Assembly: GCA_905236675.1 (NCBI GenBank)
Contig: CAJOND010000030.1
Coordinates: 26,061 to 90,060, forward strand
Origin: Candidatus Rifleibacteriota bacterium
GTDB lineage: Bacteria > Muiribacteriota > Ozemobacteria > Ozemobacterales > Ozemobacteraceae
Reading direction: 5' to 3'
DNA: 64,000 nucleotides
The translations under genes and the position numbers were made by a program. Below are positions 28,273 to 38,012 of this stretch, piece by piece. How positions within the stretch are numbered: position 1 is the first letter of the stretch; every line of letters starts with the position of its first letter. The notes beneath the pieces were generated by a model. It made no database searches and was not told the origin of the DNA. It was given only the letters and a program-made list of their open reading frames with translations.

Positions 28273-29265
28273 TTACTGACGTGGTGCGTTTGCATCTCCG
28301 CCTTTTTGTTCTTGGAACTGTTTAGCTCTTTCTTCAAGTTTTGCTTTAATTTCAGCAACTTTTGCTGCTGGAATGTTAAGATTTAACTTAATAGTAGTGC
28401 CTTCATTTGTAGCAGTAAGCATATTTACAGCTTCTTGAACTTCTGGCAACTGAGCAGAAAACATTTTTATCATTGCTATATAACCGTTAACTGAAGTCAT
28501 AACAGTATTAACGTTTTCAGCACTGTCTACTTCTGCATTCAGATTGAAGATCATATTGTCATCATTGCTGAAATCGAAGAAGAAAGAGTTGATATTAGCA
28601 AGTGCTGCTGCATTAGGATTCTGAGCACATTTAGCTTTGAATGAAGCAGGAAGTAAACCAGCACCGCTCAAAGTTGCTTTAGAATTAACTTTACCAAGAA
28701 TACCTACAAATGCTTTATTGGTTTCAATAGTTTTTCCTTTGCCCATGTTTATAGCTTTAACAGCATCAACACCAGACTGGCTTCCGACAACAACATATTG
28801 ATTGTTTAAGAACATACCGTATCCATCTTTGCCGTTCTTTGGAACAACACAGTTATAACCGTCTACTACTGTTACATTAACGTCTTTAGTTGCACCTTCA
28901 TCTTCTTTTATAACTTTAACGATTTTTTCAATATCGAATTTACCTTCGATTAAAGCTCCGCCGAGAGCTTCCTGACCTTCAACAGCTTTACCAGAAGAGA
29001 AAAGAGTAATATTGGAAATATCTGTCAATGGATCGAAACCAGATTTTGTTTTTAATTCTTCATAGGTCTTCTTCTGATCTGGTTGTTTTTCAAAACTATC
29101 TTTAATCTGTTTTTGAACTTCTGGCATTGCTAGGATTTTTGATACATTTACTTGAAGAATGAAATCGGTATCTTCAGGTATCATTTTAGTAATGTCAGCA
29201 GCAAAAAGAGCTTGACCAGTAATAGCTACAGCAATAGCAGCAGTTAGCATTAATTTTTTAAACAT
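28273..29265 (-). CDS. secreted protein of unknown function, tandem paralogue A
   Basis: Signal peptide ending FAAD. It shares GFDPLTDI, GKFDIEK and VVVG blocks with the adjacent gene. Confidence 0.7.
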   Translation of the reverse strand: MFKKLMLTAAIAVAITGQALFAADITKMIPEDTDFILQVNVSKILAMPEVQKQIKDSFEKQPDQKKTYEELKTKSGFDPLTDISNITLFSSGKAVEGQEALGGALIEGKFDIEKIVKVIKEDEGATKDVNVTVVDGYNCVVPKNGKDGYGMFLNNQYVVVGSQSGVDAVKAINMGKGKTIETNKAFVGILGKVNSKATLSGAGLLPASFKAKCAQNPNAAALANINSFFFDFSNDDNMIFNLNAEVDSAENVNTVMTSVNGYIAMIKMFSAQLPEVQEAVNMLTATNEGTTIKLNLNIPAAKVAEIKAKLEERAKQFQEQKGGDANAPRQ

Positions 29266-29340
29266 TATTGAAATTTCTCCCTAAATTTATTTTTCTAATA
29301 ATATGTAATAATAACTTCCCAAAACAATTGTTGTCAAGAA

Positions 29341-30303
29341 TTACTTCTTTTCTTCTTTTTTGTTAATATGGCCTTTTGATTCTATTAATTTATCAATAGA
29401 TTCCTGTGTAACTAAAGAAGAAATCTTGGCTGTCAAGCCTTCAGAGGTTGCTTTATAATTCTTTGCAAAATCAACCAATACTCCATAAGGAGCTTTTGTA
29501 GTATTAAGAACTTCACCAAATTGTTTTAGTAATTTTGAAACAGCTTCCATATCTGTCTTAGGTGCAAAATAACCATTAACATTGATGTCAATATCTTTTG
29601 TTTTGGTTAAATCAAGACTTAAGTATTGAATAGTGCTTAGAGGTTTAGCATTTTCATTGGAGGCAATATACTGTCTGAGTTCTTCAGGTAAAGTAGCAGC
29701 AAGTGCTAAGGTTGCATTTTGATTTAGGTTTGTAATAACATTAGAAAAATCTTTATTGTTTTTTATACTTGCAATTTTACCTAATTTTACAGCTTTTGCA
29801 TTTGCAACTCCAATTACAGTTCCAACAACTACTGTGTTTTTGTCGAAGAAAATCATTTTAGAGTTACCTTTATCACTAACAAAAGTGATAGTAGTAAAAT
29901 TATCTTCTGTTGAAACTAGAATGTTACTTGCATTTTCTTTTTTGCTATTTATTGATTCAATAGTTTTATCAATATCAAATTTACCATCGACTGCAAAAGC
30001 TATATTAGAATTAGCCATATTGGTCCTTTGTATTTTTTCTAATGGCATGAATAATACTAAGGAATTTATATCTGTCAAAGGATCAAAACCGGTTGCTTTA
30101 ACCTGTTCAATATAATCATTTCCCTGTTGATTAATTAATTCTTGAACCTTGGTTTTAATTTCAGGTATAGAAACAATCTGTTGAATATTTGCACGAATTA
30201 CTAGACCAGCATCGTTTGGAACAAAGTCTAACAAATCAGCAGCAAAGGTTTGTGGAAGAGCAAAAAGGATAAAAACAACCAATAATAAAAATTTCTTAAA
30301 CAT
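29341..30303 (-). CDS. secreted protein of unknown function, tandem paralogue B
   Basis: Same architecture and motifs as 28273-29265: MFKK..., FAAD, GFDPLTDI, GKFDIDK. Confidence 0.7.
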   Translation of the reverse strand: MFKKFLLLVVFILFALPQTFAADLLDFVPNDAGLVIRANIQQIVSIPEIKTKVQELINQQGNDYIEQVKATGFDPLTDINSLVLFMPLEKIQRTNMANSNIAFAVDGKFDIDKTIESINSKKENASNILVSTEDNFTTITFVSDKGNSKMIFFDKNTVVVGTVIGVANAKAVKLGKIASIKNNKDFSNVITNLNQNATLALAATLPEELRQYIASNENAKPLSTIQYLSLDLTKTKDIDINVNGYFAPKTDMEAVSKLLKQFGEVLNTTKAPYGVLVDFAKNYKATSEGLTAKISSLVTQESIDKLIESKGHINKKEEKK

Positions 30304-30394
30304 TAGTCCTCCTATTTAATAGAGAAAAGGTTCTAACTCGTACACGAAAATATTCTAACTATATTTTTTGAGTTAGTCAAGAAATTCCAACAAT

Positions 30395-30424
30395 TTGCAC
30401 GAACAAGTTAGTCTGTGGTAAAAT
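30395..30424 (+). promoter_or_regulatory. candidate sigma-70 promoter for accB-like/accC/xseAB/ispA
   Basis: TTGCAC, an 18-nt spacer, then TGgTAAAAT (extended -10). Confidence 0.35.
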
Positions 30425-30456
30425 AAGGTTTCATAAAAAATTTTAGGATTACAAAT

Positions 30457-30915
30457 ATGGAAATAAGTCAGCTCAAGCAAATCTATCAGTTAATGTCTAA
30501 CAATGATTTTGATGAAATAGAACTTCGTCTTGGTGAAAACGACAGAGTTAAAATGACTCGTTCTAACATTTCATCTAATAAATCTACAAAAACAGAAAAT
30601 ATAAAATTAACTGAAACCATTATACCAAATACTCAGACTACAGATTCAAATAATGACTCAACTAAAACTGAAATTTTTTCAGAACTTGTTGGGGTTTTCC
30701 AGTTTATGGATGAAGATGAAACTTTCTTCCCTAAAGTTGGTGATGAAGTAGCTATGGGAGAAAAACTTGGCAAGATTTTAAGTCTAAATTCTACCAAAGA
30801 AATAAAGTCACCTATAGATGGACGTATTAGTGAAATAGCCGTTAAGAAAGACGATATAGTTGATTATGGTCGTCTTCTGTTTGTTATTGAAGATTTGTCT
30901 TCTACCAAGGCTTAA
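30457..30915 (+). CDS. accB: biotin carboxyl carrier protein homologue lacking the canonical biotinyl-lysine
   Basis: BCCP-like N-terminus, SELVGVFQ (compare SPMVGTFY) and C-terminal DYGRLLFVIE (compare FDEPLVVIE). It sits directly upstream of accC. The E-A-M-K-M position reads L-S-L-N-S. Confidence 0.7.
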   Translation: MEISQLKQIYQLMSNNDFDEIELRLGENDRVKMTRSNISSNKSTKTENIKLTETIIPNTQTTDSNNDSTKTEIFSELVGVFQFMDEDETFFPKVGDEVAMGEKLGKILSLNSTKEIKSPIDGRISEIAVKKDDIVDYGRLLFVIEDLSSTKA

Positions 30916-30933
30916 TACCAGGAGAACTTTTTA

Positions 30934-32343
30934 ATGATTTCTAAAATACTTGTTGCCAACCGTGGCGAAATTGCAGTTAGAATTATAAGAACTTGCAAAA
31001 GCCTTGATATACGAACAGTAGCTATTTATTCAGAAGCAGACAAAGATGCTCTTCATGTTAAAATGGCTGATGAAGCTTATTGTATTGGACCAGCCCGTCC
31101 TGACCTTTCTTATTTAAATATGGAAGCAATTTTGACTGTTGCTCAAATGACCGAATGTGATGCTATCCATCCAGGCTATGGTTTTTTGTCTGAAAATCCT
31201 GAATTTGCAGAAAAAACAGAACAGTTTGGCTGTGTATTCATTGGTCCCAACTACAAAGCGATAAGATTGCTAGGGCAAAAGTCGGTTGCAAGAGATATTA
31301 TGAAAAAAGCTGGGATTCCTGTAATGCCAGGTTCTGATTCCTGTATTTCTTCTCCTGAAGAAGGTGCTAAAATTGCGGACGAAATTGGTTATCCTGTATT
31401 GATTAAAGCAACTTCTGGCGGTGGTGGAAAAGGCATGAGATTAGTTGAAAAGCCTGAAGATTTTATTAAGCTTTGTCAGACTGCTCAGGCTGAAGCTGCT
31501 AGTGCTTTTGGCGATGATCGGGTATATGTCGAAAAATATATGCTTAATCCTCGTCATATTGAAGTTCAGATTGTTGCTGATCAATGGGGCAGGGTGTTTG
31601 CTTTGGGTGTAAGAGAATGTTCAATTCAAAGAAGACATCAGAAATTATTAGAAGAATCTTCTTCTGTGGCTCTTACTCCTGAACTTCGTAACCAGATTGC
31701 TGAGACAGCTCTTAAAGTAGTTAGAACCATTAATAATGGTAAAGATGGAGTTATTTACCATAATCTCGGAACTGTTGAATTTTTATTAGACGAAGATGGT
31801 CATTTCTTTTTTATGGAAATGAACACCAGATTGCAGGTTGAACATCCTGTTACAGAAATGACTTGTGGTGGCTACGATTTAGTTGCTCTTCAAATTGCAG
31901 ACGCAATGAAGGAAGAACCACTTCCTCTTGAAAACGAAATATTAGACACCCATGGCTGGGCTATAGAATGCCGCATTAATGCAGAAGATCCAACCTCTTC
32001 ATTTGTTCCGTCACCAGGCACTATAGAAAAATACATAGCTCCAGGTGGCTTGAATGTTAGATTAGATACAGCTGTCTATGCTGGTTATAAGATTCCAACA
32101 ATGTATGATACCATGATTGGTAAGCTTATTACTTGGGGTAATAACCGTGATGAAGCTATATCCAGAATGATTGTAGCACTAGATGAGTTCGAAATTCAGG
32201 GCGTTGAAAATACTATTTCATTCCATAAATATATTTTGAATAACAGAGACTTCTATAATGGCAAGTTTTCTACAGCTTTTGTAGAAAATCATTATGATGA
32301 CTATCTTAATAAAATAAAGTCAGCATCAAAAAAGAAAGATTAA
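30934..32343 (+). CDS. accC: biotin carboxylase
   Basis: KILVANRGEIAVRIIR, GGGGKGMR, EMNTRLQVEHPVTE. 469 aa. Confidence 0.95.
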   Translation: MISKILVANRGEIAVRIIRTCKSLDIRTVAIYSEADKDALHVKMADEAYCIGPARPDLSYLNMEAILTVAQMTECDAIHPGYGFLSENPEFAEKTEQFGCVFIGPNYKAIRLLGQKSVARDIMKKAGIPVMPGSDSCISSPEEGAKIADEIGYPVLIKATSGGGGKGMRLVEKPEDFIKLCQTAQAEAASAFGDDRVYVEKYMLNPRHIEVQIVADQWGRVFALGVRECSIQRRHQKLLEESSSVALTPELRNQIAETALKVVRTINNGKDGVIYHNLGTVEFLLDEDGHFFFMEMNTRLQVEHPVTEMTCGGYDLVALQIADAMKEEPLPLENEILDTHGWAIECRINAEDPTSSFVPSPGTIEKYIAPGGLNVRLDTAVYAGYKIPTMYDTMIGKLITWGNNRDEAISRMIVALDEFEIQGVENTISFHKYILNNRDFYNGKFSTAFVENHYDDYLNKIKSASKKKD

Positions 32344-32349
32344 GTAATA

Positions 32350-33579
32350 ATGAACTTGCTTAAACCTGCAGTTCCTTTTCCTATAAAGGTATTATCAGTT
32401 GAAGATCTTACAAAGCATATCAAAGATGTTGTGGAAAACGACAAACTTTTGTCAGCTGTATGGGTTCAAGGGGAAATATCAAATCTTGTAAAAGCTGCTT
32501 CAGGACATTGCTACTTTACGTTAAAAGATGATAAAGCTGTTCTAAAAGCCTGTTTATGGGCAGGCAACAGAAGATATATCACAACTAACTTCAAAAATGG
32601 CGATTTGGTCATGGTTTATGGAAGTATATCCTTATATGCTCCTAGAGGTGAGTATCAGATTGTTGTTACCGATTTAAGACCAGCAGGAATCGGTGCTCTT
32701 TATGAAGCATACGAAAAGTTGAAAAACAAACTTCAGGCAGAAGGACTTTTCGATGCCGAAAGGAAAATGCCTTTGCCTTTCCTGCCAAAAGGTGTGGGAG
32801 TTGTTACTTCCTCAACTGGTGCTGTAATTAAAGATATTTACAGGGTTATCAGGCGTCGTTTTAGAAATATGCCTATTTATCTGGTTCCTGTAAAAGTTCA
32901 GGGTGAAGGAGCGGCAAAAGAAATAGTTACAGGAATTGAACGCCTCAATGCTGATTCTAGAGTTGATGTAATTATTGTTGCTCGAGGTGGTGGAAGTTTG
33001 GAAGATCTTTGGGCTTTCAATGAAGAACCTGTTGCGAGAGCTATCAGCGACTCTAAAAAGCCGGTAATTTCTGCTGTCGGTCATGAAACAGATACTACAA
33101 TTGCTGATTTAGTAGCAGATAAACGAGCTGCAACACCTTCTGTAGCAGGTGAGTTAGTTGTTCCTGTAAAAGACGATTTAATAGAACTTATTAGACATAA
33201 AACTCAAAGATTAAGTAGAACTATAAAAAGTATTCTGACTATTCAAAAACAAAGATTTGAAAAATGTGCTCAATGCAGGTTTCTCGTGAAACCTTCTCTT
33301 CTTGTCGCAGAACGCCGAAATAATGTCATGAATCTAACAAGAGAATTGGATATTAATTTCAAATCTTTTATTGATAATGCTAAACACCGTTTTGATCTTC
33401 TGAATGCAAGATTTATTGCATTAGATCCGAAAGTCCTATTAAAGCGTGGCTATATTATGGCTATGGATGAAAAGGGGAAGGTTGTAACATCAGTAAAGAA
33501 GCTTAAAAAGGGTTTGCCCTTGAGGCTGGGCTTCGCAGATGGCTATGCCGGAGTCACTGTAGAGGAAATTGAAAGGTGA
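32350..33579 (+). CDS. xseA: exodeoxyribonuclease VII large subunit
   Basis: N-terminal OB fold VWVQGEISNL...GHCYFTLKD, catalytic core VIIVARGGGSLEDLWAFNEE, AVGHETD. Confidence 0.93.
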   Translation: MNLLKPAVPFPIKVLSVEDLTKHIKDVVENDKLLSAVWVQGEISNLVKAASGHCYFTLKDDKAVLKACLWAGNRRYITTNFKNGDLVMVYGSISLYAPRGEYQIVVTDLRPAGIGALYEAYEKLKNKLQAEGLFDAERKMPLPFLPKGVGVVTSSTGAVIKDIYRVIRRRFRNMPIYLVPVKVQGEGAAKEIVTGIERLNADSRVDVIIVARGGGSLEDLWAFNEEPVARAISDSKKPVISAVGHETDTTIADLVADKRAATPSVAGELVVPVKDDLIELIRHKTQRLSRTIKSILTIQKQRFEKCAQCRFLVKPSLLVAERRNNVMNLTRELDINFKSFIDNAKHRFDLLNARFIALDPKVLLKRGYIMAMDEKGKVVTSVKKLKKGLPLRLGFADGYAGVTVEEIER

Positions 33580-33597
33580 AAGAAGGAGTAATGAAAT

Positions 33598-33888
33598 ATG
33601 CCGCAGTATACTGCTAAAGAAATTGCAAAAATCATTGCAATGAGCAAAGAAGATATAGAAAAATTAGATTACGAAACAGCTATGGCTAAATTAGAAATAG
33701 TTGTTGATGCTTTAGAACAGGAAGGAACTTCCTTAGAATATGGTTTGCAGTTATATTCTGTCGGAACAGCTCTTTCTAAAAAATGTAGTGCTGATTTAGA
33801 CAGCGCGGAAGAAAAAATGTTACAGCTTCTTGGAACTATTCAAAACCCTGCTGAACAGTCTTTTGATCCGGAAAAAGATGGTAGATGA
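33598..33888 (+). CDS. xseB: exodeoxyribonuclease VII small subunit
   Basis: 96 aa. YETAMAKLEIVVDALE pattern. Located immediately after xseA. Confidence 0.85.
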   Translation: MPQYTAKEIAKIIAMSKEDIEKLDYETAMAKLEIVVDALEQEGTSLEYGLQLYSVGTALSKKCSADLDSAEEKMLQLLGTIQNPAEQSFDPEKDGR

Positions 33889-33891
33889 GAT

Positions 33892-34800
33892 ATGGAACAG
33901 GAATTAATCAAAAAGTTTTTGGCAAAACTCTCTTCAATAGCAGAAAAAGTTGACAAGTATCTTGATAAATGGCTTCCTCAAAAAGATGAAGAACATTCAG
34001 CTAATCTTAATGAAGCTATGAGATATTCTGTTATGGCAGGTGGAAAGCGTATTAGACCAGCTTTGACCGTATTAGTAGCTGAAGGATTGGGTTTCAAAAA
34101 TGAAGCTGTCTATAGAGCAGGCTGTGCTTATGAACTTTATCATTCTGCTAGCTTAATTCATGATGATTTGCCTTGCATGGATGATGATGATTTAAGACGA
34201 GGTAAACCTACAAATCATAAGGTTTTTGGTGAAGCAACCGCTGTTTTGGCTGGGGATTGTCTGATGCTCATGCCTTATGAATGGTTTAGCAAGCTTTCTG
34301 AATATGGGGTTTCAAACGATAAGATAGTTAAAATTATGAATATCGCTAATGAAGCTTTTACTTATCGCGGTGTCATTGGCGGGCAAATGCTTGATTTGCT
34401 TTACGAAAACCATAAAGTTGACCAGAAAACTCTAGAACACATTCATATGGGGAAAACTGCTGCGTTACTTTGTGCCCCAATTTTAACAGGTGCTGTGCTT
34501 GCTGATGCTACTGACGAAGAATTGAAATGTTTGAAGACCTATTCCCAGAAAATTGGTCTTTTATTTCAAATAGTAGATGATATACTTGATATTGAAAGCG
34601 ATGCTGTGACTCTTGGCAAAAATACCGGTCGTGATATAGCTCTTGGCAAATCTACTTATCCTGCTTTATTGGGATTAGACGGCGCAAAAGAATACGCAAA
34701 AAAAACTTGTGATGAAGCTATTAAGGCTATTGAGCCTTTGGGCGACCGTTTGACAGATTTGAAAGCATTGGCTTTATACCTTTTGAAAAGAAAATCTTGA
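33892..34800 (+). CDS. ispA: short-chain polyprenyl (farnesyl/geranylgeranyl) diphosphate synthase
   Basis: First Asp-rich motif LIHDDLPCMDDDDLRRGKP and second motif FQIVDDILD. Shows the classic xseB-ispA synteny. Ala, not an aromatic residue, lies five residues before the first motif. Confidence 0.9.
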   Translation: MEQELIKKFLAKLSSIAEKVDKYLDKWLPQKDEEHSANLNEAMRYSVMAGGKRIRPALTVLVAEGLGFKNEAVYRAGCAYELYHSASLIHDDLPCMDDDDLRRGKPTNHKVFGEATAVLAGDCLMLMPYEWFSKLSEYGVSNDKIVKIMNIANEAFTYRGVIGGQMLDLLYENHKVDQKTLEHIHMGKTAALLCAPILTGAVLADATDEELKCLKTYSQKIGLLFQIVDDILDIESDAVTLGKNTGRDIALGKSTYPALLGLDGAKEYAKKTCDEAIKAIEPLGDRLTDLKALALYLLKRKS

Positions 34801-34817
34801 TTATTTCCTGAAAAATA

Positions 34818-35327
34818 ATGGATGGAAAAGTCTTAAATGAAAACAAAAATAAAATAAGAGCTATAGCAGTAACAGGAATAATGCTTGCTATAACTGTTGC
34901 TCTGCAGGCTGTTAATTTACCAAATATTGTTACTGGCGTGATTGTTAATAGTATTTTTGTTTTTATTTTTTTTTATGTAGGCTTAAAATCCGCTATGACT
35001 TTATGTTTGTTAAGTCCTTTATTTGGTTTCGTTACAGGTCATTTGCCTGCTATAATGTATCCTGTTTTACCAATAATAGCTGTCGGTAATTGTTTTTTGA
35101 TTCTAGTTTTATCAAATTTAAAGAATAGTTCGACTTGGGCAAAAATATTACTACCATCTTTTATAAAAGCTTTGATTATTGGACTTGGCGGAAAGCTGAT
35201 GGTTCATCTTTTTGTTCCAGATAAGATTCATGATTTTTGGATTTTTAGTGTTTTGGAAATTCAGTTTTTTACTGCTGGGTTAGGTATATGGCTTGGTCAG
35301 AAACTAAGAACTGATGTCATTAAATAG
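34818..35327 (+). CDS. small polytopic membrane protein, possibly an ECF-transporter S component
   Basis: 169 aa with 5-6 TM helices. The assignment rests on size and topology only. Confidence 0.3.
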   Translation: MDGKVLNENKNKIRAIAVTGIMLAITVALQAVNLPNIVTGVIVNSIFVFIFFYVGLKSAMTLCLLSPLFGFVTGHLPAIMYPVLPIIAVGNCFLILVLSNLKNSSTWAKILLPSFIKALIIGLGGKLMVHLFVPDKIHDFWIFSVLEIQFFTAGLGIWLGQKLRTDVIK

Positions 35328-35399
35328 ACAAATCTAAACAATTAAAACTATGTTATAATATAATAAATAATTATAAATAGTATTATATATTTGGGGAAA

Positions 35400-36206
35400 A
35401 TGATAAAAAAATCATTAAAAGAAGAATTCTATTTCTTGTTAAGTTATAAAGCTGAAATAGAAGATGACAGAATATCTTTGCCATTTAACGATTATAATTA
35501 TTTTTATAATCATAATCGTTATGGGATGTTTGTTTTTGGATTTTTTTTTATTCTTGTATGTAATAAATATACTTTTTATCTTTTTCTTAAACTAATACAG
35601 TTTCTTATAAAGATTTCTGGAAGTTATAGTGATATTATTATGCCTGTGTTTGCGTTTTTATTTGGAATTTCTCCTATTATTTTAGCCATTCTTATAAAAA
35701 TTTTTAATACTGAAAGTGTGTATGAGAAATATTTTTATTTAAAAAAAGTCTTTGATTTAAAAAATAATATACTTTATACGGAACATTGTTCTTGGGGAAA
35801 AATTAAAAAATATGATTATATAGATTTTAAAGACATATTAATCTTTTGTAATAATGTTTTACCTAAGAAATATTTACCCTTTGTAAAAGGGAAAAGAATC
35901 GATATTAATGAAATAGCCATAAATCCTAATACAAATCTTTTTCATGAATACTGGTTAAGCTTTTTGTTGAAAAATGGAACATTGATTGATTTTTTGAAAT
36001 TAGGCTATTCGGTGAACGAACACAAAATTAGCATAAAATTTGCAAAAGCTCTTGGACAATATTTGAGCAAAGAATATAGTTTATGTGATGATAATAGTAA
36101 ATTTATTCTGGTTTACTCCCCTGATAGTGATGATGATTCTCACTATTCATTAAAAGAGCATATGATAACCGAGGATGATTTGGATGAAAATGAGGAAGAT
36201 CAGTAG
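35400..36206 (+). CDS. membrane protein of unknown function with acidic C-terminus
   Basis: Two central TM helices and a C-terminal DDLDENEEDQ. Very AT-rich. I prefer the ATG at 35400 to the TTG at 35391. Confidence 0.6.
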   Translation: MIKKSLKEEFYFLLSYKAEIEDDRISLPFNDYNYFYNHNRYGMFVFGFFFILVCNKYTFYLFLKLIQFLIKISGSYSDIIMPVFAFLFGISPIILAILIKIFNTESVYEKYFYLKKVFDLKNNILYTEHCSWGKIKKYDYIDFKDILIFCNNVLPKKYLPFVKGKRIDINEIAINPNTNLFHEYWLSFLLKNGTLIDFLKLGYSVNEHKISIKFAKALGQYLSKEYSLCDDNSKFILVYSPDSDDDSHYSLKEHMITEDDLDENEEDQ

Positions 36207-36345
36207 TCTGATATGAAATTCTTAGCAACTGTAGCTGGTTCAATCATTGCTATAATAATTATTCTTTTAATGAAATAAATACGTCTATATTTATGTTATA
36301 TTATTTGAAAATATAGTTTATCAAAATAAGGAAATATATCAAAAA

Positions 36346-37278
36346 ATGAAAAAAAGTATAATTTGTTTGACTTTTATTTTTTTTATGAATAATGCTGTTT
36401 TCTCAGGAACGGTTGGAGGAGAACGACCGGATAGAAGCCCAAGTTGGGTGGGTTCTGTGGTTAATAAAATTGAAGATATTATTATAAAGAAAGCTAAGGA
36501 AGCTGTTAAAACAGAAAAAAAACTGGAGAATGCAAGTTCTAAAAAACCTTGGTATGGTGGAAAATCTGAAAAAAAGAAACTGGAAAGGCAGTTAGAATCA
36601 GAAGAAAATGAACTGAAAAATTGTCTTTCTTCTAGACCTACCAATAGTAAATCGAATTATGAAAAGCATATAGTAAAAACTAGAGAAGAAGCTTATAACG
36701 ACTCAAATAGACCAAATAATGAAGTAATTGAACTTACTTTTTCCTTAGAAAACATTAATACTATAATTAAGAAATATGAAGAACGTGTTACAAGGAATCC
36801 TAGCAATTATGATATTGCTATAGAATATTATGAAACCTACTTAATCTGTTTAAAATGTTTGATTGATATGCATAATGAGTTTATTTCAAGTGCTGCAAAT
36901 GATTATCCTAGAATGATTGCAGATAATAAAGATAAAATAAAGAATCAGATCGCAGAAATAAATAAAGAATTGCCAAACAAAAAAGATTCTGAAAATGTAG
37001 AACTTCTAAAGAGCAATAAGCAATATCTTGAAACTTTGTTAACAGCATTAGATGAAGCAAAAGTCACTCTTTCTCTTCAGAAAAAATGGGCTGAAGACAA
37101 TCTTCCAAAATTAGAAGAAAGAAGAAAGACTACAGAAACCACTTTAAATACTGCAAGAATTACAAAAGATGTATCTGGATTAGTTACTGGAATCAAAGCA
37201 AAATTTGAAAGTTTACAGGTTTCAATGCCTCCTCTGATTATGTTCAAATTAGATGAAAGCAAGCTTAAATCTAAGTGA
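36346..37278 (+). CDS. secreted, predominantly alpha-helical/coiled-coil protein of unknown function
   Basis: Signal peptide IICLTFIFFMNNAVFSG. Lys/Glu-rich helical sequence. No motif recognised. Confidence 0.6.
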   Translation: MKKSIICLTFIFFMNNAVFSGTVGGERPDRSPSWVGSVVNKIEDIIIKKAKEAVKTEKKLENASSKKPWYGGKSEKKKLERQLESEENELKNCLSSRPTNSKSNYEKHIVKTREEAYNDSNRPNNEVIELTFSLENINTIIKKYEERVTRNPSNYDIAIEYYETYLICLKCLIDMHNEFISSAANDYPRMIADNKDKIKNQIAEINKELPNKKDSENVELLKSNKQYLETLLTALDEAKVTLSLQKKWAEDNLPKLEERRKTTETTLNTARITKDVSGLVTGIKAKFESLQVSMPPLIMFKLDESKLKSK

Positions 37279-37327
37279 TAAAGATAGGTTGTTAATAATT
37301 AAAAATCTTTTATAATAAGGTACATCG

Positions 37328-38011
37328 ATGAAAAATGCTGCTATAATAGTTGCTGGTGGATTAGGACACCGCATGAATTCGAGTCTCCCTAAGCAATTTA
37401 TGCTACTGCATAAAAAACCTGTTTTGCAGTGGAGTCTTGAATGTTTCAATAATGTTCAATCTGTAAAAAAGATTATTTTGGTTTTGCCCGAAGATTGGAT
37501 GGATGAAGGTAAAAAATACTTAAAGAATTTCAAACCAGTTAAAGATTTTTCTATAACTATAGGTGGAAAATTACGTCAGGATTCAGTTTATAATGGTTTA
37601 AAACTGGTTACTGATGATTTTGATTTTGTGGCTGTTCACGATGCTGCTAGACCTGGCATCACTCCAGAATTGGTAGACGAAGGATTCAAAAAGGCTCAAG
37701 AGAAAGGCAATGCTATTTTTGCTATACCTTCTTACGATACTTTGGCTGTTGTCGAAGATGGAGTGATTGTAGATAATGCTGATAGAAACAAAATTTACAG
37801 AGTTCAAACGCCTCAGATTTTTGGTTATAAAGTTTTAAAAAAAGCTCTAGAAAAAGCTATTGTAGAAAAGATTGTAGGAACTGATGAGGCTACTTTGGTT
37901 CGAAAATTAGGTAATAAGGTTTACATAATACTTGGAACTGAAAAGATTGTTAAAATTACAACAATAGAAGATTTAGAAAAAGCAGAATTATTATTTACAG
38001 AAGGAAATTAA
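37328..38011 (+). CDS. ispD: 2-C-methyl-D-erythritol 4-phosphate cytidylyltransferase
   Basis: AAIIVAGGLGHRMNSSLPKQF, VAVHDAARP, RVQTPQIF. Confidence 0.92.
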   Translation: MKNAAIIVAGGLGHRMNSSLPKQFMLLHKKPVLQWSLECFNNVQSVKKIILVLPEDWMDEGKKYLKNFKPVKDFSITIGGKLRQDSVYNGLKLVTDDFDFVAVHDAARPGITPELVDEGFKKAQEKGNAIFAIPSYDTLAVVEDGVIVDNADRNKIYRVQTPQIFGYKVLKKALEKAIVEKIVGTDEATLVRKLGNKVYIILGTEKIVKITTIEDLEKAELLFTEGN

Positions 38012-38012
38012 C

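Noticed and set aside
36339-36644. 101-aa minus-strand ORF
   Set aside because: It is antisense to the start of the 310-aa secreted coiled-coil gene, which has a proper signal peptide. The minus-strand product is Ser/Phe low-complexity.
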